Shown in pieces: positions 30,276-43,418 of a stretch of 64,000 nt of DNA (its first letter is position 1; each line of letters begins with the position of its first letter). The notes beneath the pieces are model-generated. The model was not told the DNA's origin, made no database searches, and saw only the letters and a program-made list of their open reading frames with translations. Source of the DNA: Octopus vulgaris (Eukaryota); contig OX597825.1 in assembly GCA_951406725.2 (NCBI GenBank), forward strand, positions 16,182,001 to 16,246,000. The letters are read 5' to 3'. Position numbers and translations under genes: made by a program.

Positions 30276-30664
30276 TTAATAGTTATCGCCATACTAATAT
30301 GGCAGTCTTATAAATATAAGATTAAAGCTGTCGCTGATTAGCTCCATGAGGCCACTGCCTCAAGCTAGCTATTTGACACACAAACTGCATCCATTATAAA
30401 CCTTCGAACAGGGGAGGTCAGCTGCTTCATCCTGCCAGTCAGACAGCTGCAGACATGTTTCAGGGTATTTGCCTGTTCGAAGGTTTATAATGGACGCAGT
30501 TTGTGTGTCAAATAGCTAGCTTGAGGCAGTGGCCTCATGGAGCTAATCAGAGACAGCTTTAGTCTTATATTTATAAGACTGCCATATTAGTATGGCAATA
30601 ACTATTAATTTCCAGTAACGCTGCCGTAATCTCCTTTAGAGAGACTTAGTAATTTTAATATTTC

Positions 30665-30670
<6 letters not shown>
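30276..30670. mobile_element. Fold-back element, probably Penelope-like, between (TA)n tracts
   Basis: About 135-bp near-perfect inverted arms (30276..30412 and 30472..30608). The spacer holds GAAACATGTC on the minus strand (3' half of a hammerhead). One-sided 60-nt tail. Confidence 0.6.
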
Positions 30671-30701
<31 letters not shown>

Positions 30702-30705
30702 TTTC

Positions 30706-31490
30706 TCAAGAACACAGCACACGTTTTTGCCAACGAATTACAAGTTTGTTTATTCTGGGAACATAAAAATCTGGAGTTCTGGAGCTGATGAACTCTTTGA
30801 ACACACTTTCAGCATCGGTTTGATTTTTCGAACTCATTCTCTCGCAGGAAACCATCAAGGTGCTTGAAAATGTGGTAGTCGGTAGGAGAAAGGTCTGGGG
30901 AATAAGCTGGGTGGGGAAGAACTTCATAGCCAAGTTCTCTCAACTTTTGGAGTGTCATTAGTGAAACGTGTGGTCGAGCATTGTCATAAAGAATGACTGG
31001 CCCTCTTCTGTTGACCAGTCTGGGATGGAGGAGTAGCAGTTTTTCGTTCATTTTGGCAATTTCATGGCAATATGTTTCTGCAGTAATAATTTTTCCGGGT
31101 TTTAAGAAGTTATAGTAGATGAGTCCAGCAGTACACCACCAAACAGTTACCATAACCTTCTTTTTGAAGAGCTCAGGTTTAGGGAAGGTTTTCAGTGCTT
31201 TATTTTGGTCCAACCTCTGCGAAGAACGTTTTTTTTTTATAGTACAGTATCCACTTTTCAACGCAAGTTACAATACGGTTGAGAAATGGATTGGTTTAGT
31301 TACGGAGAAGAAGCGACGAGCAAATTTCATATCTACGCATTTTCTGATTTCCATTCAAATCGTGTGGTACCCATTTGTCGTGATTATTTGATTTTCCGAT
31401 CACATGCAAATGGCTGCATGCAGTTTTCTGCCTAACTTGAAGATCTTTTGCCAGTTCTCGAGTGTCTCCCAATATTGAATATACATTCAT
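30706..31490 (-). pseudogene. Decayed mariner (DD34D, Mos1/SETMAR-like) transposase
   Basis: Frameshifted ORFs carry WVPHDL, VMVTVWW, DNARPH and HPAYSPDLSPTDYHIF motifs. Confidence 0.92.
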
Positions 31491-32405
31491 CCCAGAGCTT
31501 CTAAGTTATTACAAAAAACTCCAGGCTAATTTCAGCAATGGTGAAAAAAAGATTACTGAATCAGCAGGATGGCGAGATGACATGAAATGAGTTTTTCGTT
31601 TCTTTGAAGAAACTGACTAATTTCCTACTGTAAAGTTTCAAAAAATACCCAACTTAGGCAATGCAAGATGGAATTCTTGCACAATACTAGCTTTATTGGC
31701 ATTTATTCTTCTACAAGAGAAAAGAGTTTTGTTTCTCAATGTTTGTCGATTTATCTCTTACAGCTGAGCAGATTTTTGGTGGCAGTTGAGGGAAAAGTGA
31801 TGACAAATTTAAGAAAGGAGTCGACAACCTAAAGGTTTACCTGTTGGCCCTAATCAATAAGTTTTTCTCTTGCTGGGAAGTAAAATTGGTTCTACTCCAC
31901 CCTTATAAATAGTGATTATATTTCAGCGGTTGTCATGATTAAGAAGTTATGTGGTAGCCAGCAAGATCTTAAAAAAGCATTGAACTCTGTAAAAAAGCTT
32001 TTGGAGTCGAGAACCATCAAAAGCGGAAATTCCCAGAACAAATCAGAGTGCAGAACAGGCAATCAAGTGGCTTCAAGATCTTTATGATGTTTCTAAAAAG
32101 AAGGAGAAACTTCAGCTTCGATTTATTTTATCTAACAAAACATATTAATTCTTTGTTATGCTTAAAAAATTGCTAACATTCAGCACCCTTTTTCTCATAC
32201 AGTTATTTAAAATTGGAATTAAACCTGTAAAGGTAAAAAATATGTATTGTTTTTAATTTTGTATGTTATTGAATGCTTCTAGTGCCCTCTGTCTTAAAAT
32301 AGCCTAGTTTCAAACCTTTGCATAGAACTGGGTTTCTTACCAGCAGTATAATGGATTGATATTATCCCTTAGTTGGTTGGATTAACAACCTCTAACTCTT
32401 TTGGA

Positions 32406-32440
<35 letters not shown>

Positions 32441-33039
32441 CGTGCCAGTGGAACGTAAAAAGCACCCACTACACTCTTGGAGTGGTTGGCGTTAGGAAGG
32501 GCATCCAGCTGTAGAAACTCTGCCAGATCAAGATTGGAGCCTGGTGCAGCCATCTGGCTCGCCAGCCCTCAGTCAAAATCGTCCAACCCATGCTAGCATG
32601 GAAAGCGGACGTTAAACGATGATGATGATGATGATGATATATATATATATTGGTGGTGTTCCATCATGGACACAGCCTTAGGGCTGAAACACATAAGAGA
32701 ATATATATATATATGTATGTATGTATGTATGTTTGTGTGTATGTATGTATGAATGTATGTTTGTATGTATGTATGTATGTATGTATGCATGTATGTATGT
32801 ATATGTGTGTGTGTGTGTGCAAAACCCATCAACTGTCAGTCAAGCCTGAAGATTCTGGTCACCCCACAGGTGAAACAGAACAGCAAGACTGACTCGAAGA
32901 ATATAAAATATATACGTACATACACACACACACATATATTTACAAGCACTAATATATTTCTTTACTTATATTTACAAGCACTTATATGATCTCGTTGCAA
33001 CAACTATTCAACAAGTCCCCCCGTTCTTTGCAGAAGGGA

Positions 33040-33364
33040 CAACTGTCAATGTGTCACCGCTTCCGGTTGTTGTAAGTTTCAATTTGCGTCACCTGATTGT
33101 GGTGTGTTTCAGTCCGACGCTCCTCCTCCAAAACGAACCACGTTTGTTTCAATCTTGTTTCCTTCCTTGACCTTTCACCTGGTCTCTCTCCTCTCTTTCT
33201 TTCGCAATTAGTCACACCTCAGAAATACACACACATTCATTGGAGGGTGTCTTCAAATGTGAGTCGCTTCCTTAATTCCTCCTCCGTTTATTTAGTAAAT
33301 ATATCTTTTCTGGCCGATCCACTGCTGACTTGGAAAGGAATATTTATTTCTTAAAGAAGTAAAC
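33040..33364 (+). promoter_or_regulatory. Probable VAMP4 promoter / 5' UTR
   Basis: ETS-like GCTTCCGG at 33059..33066, pyrimidine-rich leader, possible 5'UTR intron 33259..33356. Confidence 0.4.
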
Positions 33365-33430
33365 ATGCCACCGAAATTCGTTCGCAACCTTGGCGCATCC
33401 GATGTGGCAGGTTCGCGCCCTGCTGAACTG
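33365..33430 (+). CDS. VAMP4: Vesicle-associated membrane protein 4, coding exon 1 (MPPKFVRNLGASDVAGSRPAEL)
   Basis: AAACATG start, MPPKF N-terminus characteristic of VAMP4, donor GTGAGT at 33431. 66 nt, phase 0. Confidence 0.92.
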
Positions 33431-33532
33431 GTGAGTGTCTTTTTTAAATTTTTTTTTTCAAAATCTAAAAAAAAAAATATATATATCGTTTTAATTTAAT
33501 AACTACTTGAATTCATAAACACCCACCGTCTC

Positions 33533-33766
33533 GGTACTTCCTTGAGAACAGTGGTCCCGGTGCGCGCACTCGCGTACTCGCGCATCCGCCCTAGCTAGTC
33601 GATCCTACAACGACTACCTAGCAAAGTAAATAAAACACAAACTAAATAATTTTTTCACACAAAGTAAATAACACACAAAAACCATAAAGTAAGGATCGAC
33701 TAGTCATGACTAGCTAGCACGGATACGCGAGTGCGCGCACCGGGGTCACTGTTCGCAAGGAGTACC
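33533..33766. mobile_element. MITE with GC-rich TIRs (GGTAC...GTACC) in VAMP4 intron 1
   Basis: About 70-bp imperfect TIRs, flanked by a 13-bp direct repeat CACCCACCGTCTC / TACCCACAGTCTC. Confidence 0.75.
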
Positions 33767-35884
33767 TACCCACAGTCTCTACAGTTCTCGTTCTGGTTAA
33801 ATCAATAAGTCTTTGTTTACATTCCCATTCGTATTATACGAAAACGAGATATCACTAGTCAACACCCTTTGTCTGTTTTAGGGCTTAGAGATAACTAACT
33901 GAGGCTTAATATATATTTTTGGGGGATCAAATGATCTTTTAGGGGTAACTTAAAATATTAATTATAATAAACTGGTGTTCTGTTCATGGGAAAGTTTATC
34001 TTCCTGCTCTTTACGTTGTGAACCCAGTGCTAACCACAGGTTCTGAAAAAATATATTTTATATACGCGATATATATTATATATTATTTACACTATTTACA
34101 TTTAGTCAAGAGGAGAGGGTGTAGTGTACTTTAGCCTTTCTAGTTTCTTCCATATCAGGAAATAGTTGTTGGAATATGAATGTTTTCGTATTTATTCGTT
34201 TTATTTACACAACATAGATTGAATCACAATTTAACATTTGTATAAAGTTGGCGTAGTTGATGAGTGATTTTTTTTTGTCTTTTTATTTCCGGATTAACCC
34301 TGGTCGTGCGAATATATAATCAAAAAACATAGCAGTCGTGTCTGTCCCATTTTAAAACCAGTCTTAGTGTATCTGGGACTACATTATCTAATGTCTCCTT
34401 CGTGATTTTTTTTTTAAGAACGTAGATTGTGTTTTAAAGTAGATTTGACTGCTATTTCAATCAGGTGAAGTGACCACGACCACATATAGGCGCCAACATT
34501 GATTCGGCCGTTTGAATTGTGATTTAGCTGCGTGTCTATGACAAACAGATGGAAAAAATCGCCAGAAAACAGTTCCGTTTTGAGACCGAAGAGGGTTGAG
34601 TCAAGTGCTTGGTGATGTTTCCTATTATAGCACTGTCGGTTACCGAACTTGTTAACAATGACAAATATCAACTTACATTTCCTACTTCCATGACAACCGC
34701 TGAAATATAAATCACTACTTATAAGGGTGGAGTTGAACCAGGTTTGTTGATGTGATAAATTTTTACTTCCAGCGAAAGAAAAAAACTTATTGATTAGGGC
34801 CAACAGGCAAACCTTTAGGTTGTCGACTCCTTTCTTAAATTAGTCATCACTTTCCCTCAACTGCCACCATCCGGTTGTATGTAGGTTGACAAAAAGGAGA
34901 GAATTTAAGATAATTCATTCTCTTTTTGTTTTGACTGTTTTGAGATTAACATTCTTTGGTGAAGGTAAAGAATGCGCACACTACCCCGTTTTCGAAGGTT
35001 TAGGGTTAGGGTTACGCCGAAAACGGGTGGTATGCGTATTTCTTTACCTCCGCCCATTCTTTAAGCTAAGAATCGGATGTTTCTGGACACTCCCACGTTC
35101 AGCTTTTTTTTGTGTATCTTTTTACTTGTTTCAGTCATTAGACTGCGGCCATGCTGGGGCACCTCCTTGAAGAATTTTTTGTCGAATGTACCAATCCCAG
35201 TACTTATTATTTTTTTTTAAATGCTTGTTACTTATTCTGTCGATGGCTTTTGCTGAACTGTTAAGTTACAGGGACGTAAACACACCAGCACCGGTTGTCA
35301 AGCGGTATGGGGGTGGGTGGACAAACATAGACACATATGCTCATATATATACGACGGGCTTCTTTCAGTTTCTGCCTGCCAAATCCACACACAAAGCTTT
35401 GGATGCCTTGAGGCTATAGTAGAAGACACTTGCCCAAGGTGCCACGCAGTGGGACTGAACCTAGAACCATGTAGTTGGGAAGCAGGCTTCTTACCACATA
35501 GTCACGCCCCCTTATACACATTCCTTAGGGTTCTCTTTCAGTTTCCCATTTAACTTCAATACAGCTGGTTCTCCTCATTTCACCTTTGTTGTCCACCATC
35601 CCCTCAAATTTACGAATTCTACAGATACTCACAGTAGCACTACCATAGCAATGGAAACCAGTCTTATCACAGATTCATTCTCCTTTCTGCCAGTGGCATT
35701 TAAAAAGCACCTGGCACACTCTGTTAAGTGGTTGGCATTAAGAAGGGCATCCAGCCATAGAAACCATGCCACAGAAGACAGGTGGAGCCTGGACAGCTCC
35801 TAGCTGGCTAGCTCCATGTCAAACCATCCAACCCATGCCAGCACGAAAAGTGCAGATGTTAAACGATGATGATGATTTATGTAT

Positions 35885-36144
35885 ATCGCCTGTATCAGCC
35901 AGGCTGTCTCATGCCGAGTTGACTCCACTGGCCACAACATTTGCTCCATTCCTCTCGTACTCTCTTGCCATTCTCCTCCACATTGTTCCAAACATCTTTC
36001 TTAAATCATCTTCCCACCTGATTGGAAGTCTTCCGAGTGGTCTCTTCCGTTCGTGTGAGTACCACTCGACAACTGCACGGCTCCACCGATTGTCTTTCAA
36101 CCTTGCACCATGACTGGCCCATTGTGGATTTGCATGGTGACATT
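35885..36144 (-). mobile_element. RTE-clade LINE 3' fragment
   Basis: RDHIWNEEIRNRTGV...WASHGARLKDNRWSRAVVEWY...KRPLGRLPIRWEDDL, a typical RTE C-terminus. Confidence 0.85.
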
Positions 36145-39100
36145 CTGTGATGTCGTCCTTCACTCCAGTTCTGTTCCTGATCTCCTCGTTCCAGATGTGA
36201 TCTCTTACTCTTTTACTTGTTTCAGTCATTTGACTGTGGCCATGCTGGAGCACCGCCTTTAGTCGAGCAAATCAATCCCAGGACTTATTCTTTGTAAGCC
36301 TAGTACTTATTCTATCAGTCTCTTTTGCCAAACTGCTAATTTATGGCACCGTAAACACACCAGCATCAGTTGTCAAGCGATGTTGGGGGGGACAAACATA
36401 TACACACACATATATATATATATATATACATATATACGACGGGCTTCTTTCAGTTTCCGTCTACCAAATCCACTCACAAGGCTTTGGTCGATCCGAGGCT
36501 ATAGTAGAAGACACTTGTCCAAGGTGCCATGCAGTGAGACTGAACCCGGAACCATGTGGTTGGTAAGCAAGCTACTTACCACACAGCCACTCCTGCACCT
36601 ATAGTGAAATTCCCAACATTAACTTTCCATGGCTATAACAGAAGACACTTGCTCAAGGTACCATGCATTGGGACTGAAACTGGAATGATAATGATGATGA
36701 TGATTCCTAAATTCATACATGCCATAATCTATTTGTTGATTTGGCTGCTATTTCTAGTGGGTTGAATGACAGCATATTAGCTTGTGGTGAATGACGGCTG
36801 AAGAGGATCTAGAACAGTAGTGTTCAACCTTTTTCAGTTCATGTTTTGATTACCCTTTTACTTGCTTCAGTCATTTGACTGTGGCCATGCTAGAGCACCG
36901 CCTTTAGTTGAGCAAATCATCCCTAGCACTTATTCTATCAGTGTCTTTTGCTGAACTGCTAAGTTATGGGGATGTAAATACACCAGCATCGGTTGTCAAG
37001 TGATGGTAGGAGGACAAACACAGACACACAAACATATACACATATGTACATATACATATATACGATGGGCTTCTTTCAGTTTCCATCTACCAAATCCACT
37101 CACAAGGCTTTGGTCAGCCCGAGGCTATTGTAGAAGACACTTGCCTAAGGTGCCACGCAGTGGGACTGAACCCAGAACCATGTGGTTGGTAAGCAAGCCA
37201 CTTGCCACACAGCCACTCCTACGCCTATGTATATTCTTAACAAAGCAAACAATTATAATTTGAATATATTATCCTAAGATGTGTTGTGATTGATAAGTGG
37301 CAAAGGTGTGATTGAGCATTGTCTAAAAGCATAAGTTCAAATAGACTTTTGAGCTAAAACTGCTGAGGCTGGTTACTCAGGAACTGTTCCTTGCCATGCT
37401 GTGGACGTCTTTAACCCTTTTGTCACTGTATTTATTTTGAGATGCTTTGTGTTTCTTTCAATTATTTTAAATATAACAAAGAATTCAGTAAAATAACTTA
37501 GTTATGATTAAGATAGTTTTAGGAACATAAATTGTGACTAAGGTTTGGTGGAAGATTTTAATTCAGAACTTTTGAAAAACAAGATATTTGTACTACAGGG
37601 CCAGAGCCGGTTTCAGCTGGGTTGGTATCAAAAGGGTTAAGCAGGTGTTTGTAATATAAATTAACCTAAAATTTTGAAGGAAGGTTTTTAACTTAGATCA
37701 CTTTAACCCTTTCGTTATTGTATTTCTGTTGAGATGCTCTGTGTTTCTTTCAATTAATTTTAAATATAACAAAGAATTTAGGAGAATAACTTAGTTATTA
37801 TTAAGCCGGTGTTAAGAACATAAATTGTGACTAAGGTTTGGTGGAAGATTTGAATTCAGACATTTATACTACGGGGCCAGAGCCAGTTTCAGCTGGGTTG
37901 GTAACGAAAGGGTTAATGGATCACATGGCTCCTTTAACTTTCATTGGTCAGGCCAGCAGCAAAAAGAAAAGGAAACAGAATAAACAACTTAAAGGGTGGC
38001 CTGATGAAAAAGAAAAAAAAAACAAAACAAGTAAGCTGTAAGATGATTTGACATTTTGAAGGAAGTTTAACGAGTTCCCCATGAATACAGATGTCACTGC
38101 CACCAAAGGGTCAACTAAAACAGTTTGGGCTTGTGGGACATGTTGCATGACTAAAAGCCTTATATATTTCTTTACTGCCCACAAGGGGCTAAACATAGAG
38201 GGGACAAAGAAGGACAGACAAACGGATTAAGTCGATTACATCGACCCCCGTGCGTAACTGGTACTTAATTTATCGACCCCGAAAGGATGAAAGGCAAAGT
38301 CGACCTCGGCGGAATTTGAACTCAGAAAGTAACGACAGACGAAATACCGCTAAGCATTTCGCCCGGCGTGCTAACGTTTCTGCCTGCTCGTCGTCTTATA
38401 TCATCATCATCATCATTTAATGTCTGTTTTCCCTGCTGGCATGGGTTGGATGGCTTGGCAGGAATTGGCAAGGCCAGGGGGGGCCACACAATACTCTGTT
38501 TTGGATTGGTTTTTACCGCTGAATGCCCTTCCTAATGCCTACCACTCTACAGAGTGCACTGGGTGCTTTTTATGTGACACAAATCACCAGTGCTTTTTCA
38601 CATAGCACCTTGGTTTTAGGATCTTAATTCTGTTATGGTAGCCGGGTCTTATCAGGTACTGCAATGCACCACATATCTTGGTCTTTGGCATGTAAAAAGC
38701 ACCAACCGATCATGGCCGTTGCCAGCCTCGCCTGGCACCTGGGCCAGTGGCACGTAAAAAAGCACCCACTACACTCATGGAGTGGTTGGTGTTAGGAAGG
38801 GCATCCAGCTATAGAAACACTGCCACATCAGACTGGGCCTGGTGCAGCCTCCTGACTTCCCAGACCCCAGTTGAACCGTCCAACCCTTGCTAGTATGAAA
38901 AGCGGATGTTAAATGATGATGATGTCCTCTTCTGTATAAGGTTTGGTATTTTGAGATCGGTCTTCAGTACTTCATCCCGTGTCTTTCTGGGTCTCCCTTT
39001 TCCACAATTTCCCTCTACTTTAAGTGATCGGCACTTCTTGAAAACCAAATGTGTCTGCCTTCGTTTTGATTAGGAATCCAAGAATCGTATGTTATCAGGC

Positions 39101-41349
39101 TGGTCAACAATCTTGTGGTTTTATTGAACTGGAATTTGTTTGGCTCTGATGTTATACAGGGGGGAGGATTTCACCCTAAATGCATAAATCCAACAGTTAA
39201 GCAAAGTGGAGATAACATCATGGTTTAGGGATACATCTTCCTCATCTTTCTAATGCCCAATTTTCCATGCTTGCATACATCAGAAAGAATTCATTGAGGT
39301 AGATTTTCTATGGCTGGATGCTCTTCCTGTTTCCAACCCTCCACTGTTTCCAAACATGATGATATATTCTCATGGCTGGACATCCTCATGGAAGATTGGA
39401 AACAACACTGCTTGTATGACAGGGATACTTATTTACAACAACTCTGCAATGTGAAGATCAGGGTGTACAAGCTCACACATTGTGCTTCTTCCAGTTTCTG
39501 TCCACCAGGTCCACTCGCAAGACTTTGGTCAACCTAGGGCTGCAGGGGAAGATGCTTGTTCAAGGAGCCATGCAGTGAGACTGAACCTGAAATTATGTGG
39601 TTGGGAAGCAAACTTCTTGATCACTTAACCATAGCTGTACCTATGTCCAAAAAAGTAGCTGATCTCATACACCAGGTTAAGGGCTTCATGTGCAACAATA
39701 CAGCCCATATCATGGGAGAAGATATATCAAGTGTCAGTTGGGTCAGTCATGAATTGATAAGCTTGGCATTGACCAGAAGCTTAGTGCAAGAATAATCAAG
39801 GAATTCCTCAAAACAAGATTATCCAAATGCTGCAATGGCCATCACTTCTCAATCGTTACATTTTGTTGAAAAAATATATATTTTTTTTGAATTGACTAAA
39901 TTGGAGCGGCTGCGTGGAAAATTGCTTGCTTACCAACCACATGGTTCCAGGTTCAGTTCCACTGCGTGGCACCTTGGGCAAATGTCTTCTACTCCAAGAT
40001 GAGGACACATATCCACCAAATGTAAATAATGCATATATATCTCTGTATCTGTATCCTCATCATTTAACGCCTGTTTTTCATGCTGGTATGGGTTGGATGG
40101 TTTGACAGGAGCTGACCAGCTTCCGTGTCAGTTTTGGTATGCTTTCTACAGCTGGATGCCCTTCCTAACACCAACCTCTTTACAGAGTGTACTGGGTGCT
40201 TTTACACCGCACTGCCACAGGTACATTTACATGGCACCAGCACCCACAAGCCAGCAAGGTTAGGAATGCTCAGCTAGAGAGGGATGCAGGGGACATGCCC
40301 CTGTATGCAAGGACAGCTCTGCTTTTACTTAGCTTGACATGACATCCCAAACACGGCAAACTGCCAGGAGTCTCTCTGTCCCCTTTTATCCCTTCTATGA
40401 GTCCCAACACCATGTTCTTTTATTTTTTTTACTTGTTTCAGACATTTAACTGTAGCCAAGCTGGAGCACTATCTTAATGGGTTTTTAATTGAAGAAATCA
40501 ACCCCGGGACTTATTCTTTGTAAGCCTAGTACTTATTCTATCAGTCTCTTTGGCTGAACTGCTAAGTTACATGGATGTAAACACACCAGCATTGGTTGTC
40601 AAGCAATGGTAGGGGGACAAACACACAACTGTATACACATACACACAAACATAGCAGGCTTCTTTCAGTTTCCGTCTACCAAATCCACTCACAAGACACT
40701 GGTTGGTCCAAGGCTACAATGAAAGACTCTTACCCAAGGTTCCACACAATGGGACTGAACCCAGAGCCATGGGGTTAGGAAGCAAGCTTCTTACCGCACA
40801 CCTATGCGTGATTAGTTTGATAGAATCCAAGTTTTAGTTTCAGTACAATTTGGAACTTAGTACAAATTTTTTGTTTCCAATTGGTGCATCATGCAAATTC
40901 ATAATTTTTGATGTAGGAGACAGTTCTTTTCTGTTAACGATTATTGATAGCAGTACTTTAAGTAGCACGTGAATATAACGAAGGATTAATAATTAGAGAC
41001 AACGGTTAACACAGATGTTGCCACGTTTGATTGACGTGCCTCACAAGTTTAAAATATTGATTTCAAATTCTGGTAGAAGGCCAGCAATTCCAGGAGAATG
41101 GATAAGTTGATTATATTGAGCTTAATTAGTCCTCAACTGTTACTTATTATATTGACCCTGAAAGGATGGGAGGTAAAGTTGATCTTCATCATTGTCATTA
41201 TTTAACGTCTGTTTTTCATGCTGGCATGGATTGAATGGTTTGACTGGGGACTAGCGAGCCAGAAGGCTGCACCAAGCTCCAGTCTGATCTGGCAAGGTTT
41301 CTACTGCTGGATGCCCTTCCTAGCGCCATCCACTCTGACTAAACAGCAT

Positions 41350-41600
41350 AGTACTTACTTGTACTTGTGGCGACATTCACCCTGGGCGGGTTGAGTCGGC
41401 TTCTTCTACCACCCTTGAGGCATCTTGAACCATGGCAGCCCACGCACGACGGTTCTGCGCCAGTTCACTGGAGATAGCGAGCCAGTCACGGTTCCATCGG
41501 CACAGGCTGACCACCTGCAGACCCGTGAGCACGGAGAGGTCCTCCTTGATCGTTGTAGCCCAGGTCTTCAGCTGCCACAGCATAGTAGGGTCAGTTGGGT
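41350..41600 (-). mobile_element. RTE-clade LINE 3' end
   Basis: KTWATTIKEDL...LAQNRRAWAAMV followed by a short (CAAGTA)n tail. Confidence 0.75.
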
Positions 41601-41699
41601 ACCATCTGTGAGAAAAACAGCACCATGACATAATTCACTCTGTCAGAAATTTGGAAACAACATGCTATACTGCTTGGCATTCACATCGGAAACTCCTGC

Positions 41700-42353
41700 T
41701 TGAACATTTCAGAGTGTTTGGGTGTCAATGTGAGGACGTACTAAGAGTGATTAAAATCAAACATCCAGTCAGCATCATGGTGTTTGGAGTGATCACTAGT
41801 GATGGTGAGACATTATGCCTCCAGTCATCTTTCTACACGGCCTCAGACTCTACACGGAGACCTACATCAAGTACCTGGAGGAGGTAGTGCTGCCCTAGAT
41901 AAAGAAGGTGGCTGCTGGAAGATCCTATGTTTGGTAACAGGACACTGCACCATGCCACACAAGCAGGAGAACCCAGTCATGGCTGTCAGACAATTTCTGC
42001 AACCACATCACCCCTAACATCTGGACACCTAACTTCCCAAACTGCAATCCCTTTTATTATTATTTGTGGGGCGCAGTTGAGTCAGAGAGCAACAAAACTC
42101 CTTGTAACACCAAAGATGAACTGAGGTCAAGGATTATGGCAGCATTCACCAACTTAAACAAGGAGACTGTCTTAGAGAGTTGCAGGAGATTCCAAAGTCG
42201 CCTGGCTGCCGTGGCTGAAGCCAGTGGTGATTTTATTGAATAGATTTACTCTTTAGTATTTCAAGATATTTTTATGTAATTTTGGTAAAATGAGATTCAG
42301 TGTTATTTTCATTTTCATGTAATTTAGATGATAGTTTATTCACTGCACCCTGT
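41700..42353 (+). mobile_element. Decayed Tc1/mariner (maT/DD37D-like) transposase 3' part with right TIR
   Basis: Translates with stops to KHPVSIMVFGVITSDG...YIKYLEEVVLP*IKKVAAGRSYVW*QDTAPCHTS...WTPNFPNCNPFYYYLWG. Ends in GCACCCTG followed by TA. Confidence 0.8.
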
Positions 42354-43379
42354 ATATATATATATATATATCATCATCATCATCGTTTAACGTCTGCTTT
42401 GACTGAGGGCTGGCGAGCCAGATGGCTGCACCAGACTCCAATATATATAAATATCCGATCGTGGCCACTGCCAGCCTCGCTTGGCCTCCGTGCCGGTGGC
42501 ACGTAAAAAGCACCATCCGATCGTGGCCGTTTGCCAACCTCGTCTGGCACGTAAAAAGCACCCACTACATTCATGGAGTGGTTGGCGTTAGGAAGGGCAT
42601 CCAGCCGTAGAAACATTGCCAGATCAGAGTGGGCCTGGTGCAGCCATCTGGCTTCCCAGACCCCAGTTGCACCATCCAATCCATGCTAGCATGGAAAGCA
42701 GACGTTAAACGATGATGATGAGCCTAGACCAGGCTGTGTGTTGTGTTCTTGAGCAAGGCACTTTATTTCACGTTGTTCCAGTTCACTCAGCTGTAGAAAT
42801 GAGTTGTAAGGGCTTGGTCTTGAGTCACACTACAGAAGGAAATGGGATAACAGGAGACTGATAGAAGAGAAAATGTTAGAAAGGGAGTTGTGGGGGAAAG
42901 CTTGACAGAACCTCAATTCTTATTTCTTTACTACCCACAAGGGGCTAAACATAGAGAGAGACAAACAAGGACAAACAAACAGATTAAGTCGATTACATCG
43001 ACTCCAGTGCATGACTGGTACTTAATTTATCGACCCTGAAAGGATGAAAGGCAAAGTTGACCTTGACAGAATTTGAACTCAGAACGTAACAGCAGACGAA
43101 ATACCACTAAGCATTTCGCCCAGCGTGCTAACGTTTCTGCCAGCTCACTCAGTTCTGCTGAGATGGACTGGTCTTCTCAGGCACAGTTTGCTGCTGTTCA
43201 TCTTGGTTCCCTTGTCATCTCCTCTGAGAAGCTCAGTATGAGGTCATTCTTCACCACTTTGTCCCGTGTCTTCTTAATCCTCCTCCTCTTCAACAGGCTC
43301 CTTCCATCTTTTTAGCTGTTAGCTTTTCTTTATGCAACTGCCCTCATCCATCTACATTACATGATTTCACACACACACA

Positions 43380-43418
<39 letters not shown>

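Noticed and set aside
34414-34803. 129-aa minus-strand ORF in VAMP4 intron 1
   Set aside because: It has a non-ATG start, spans the inverted-repeat arm plus a dispersed repeat, and its paralogous arm at 31777 has indels that break the frame.
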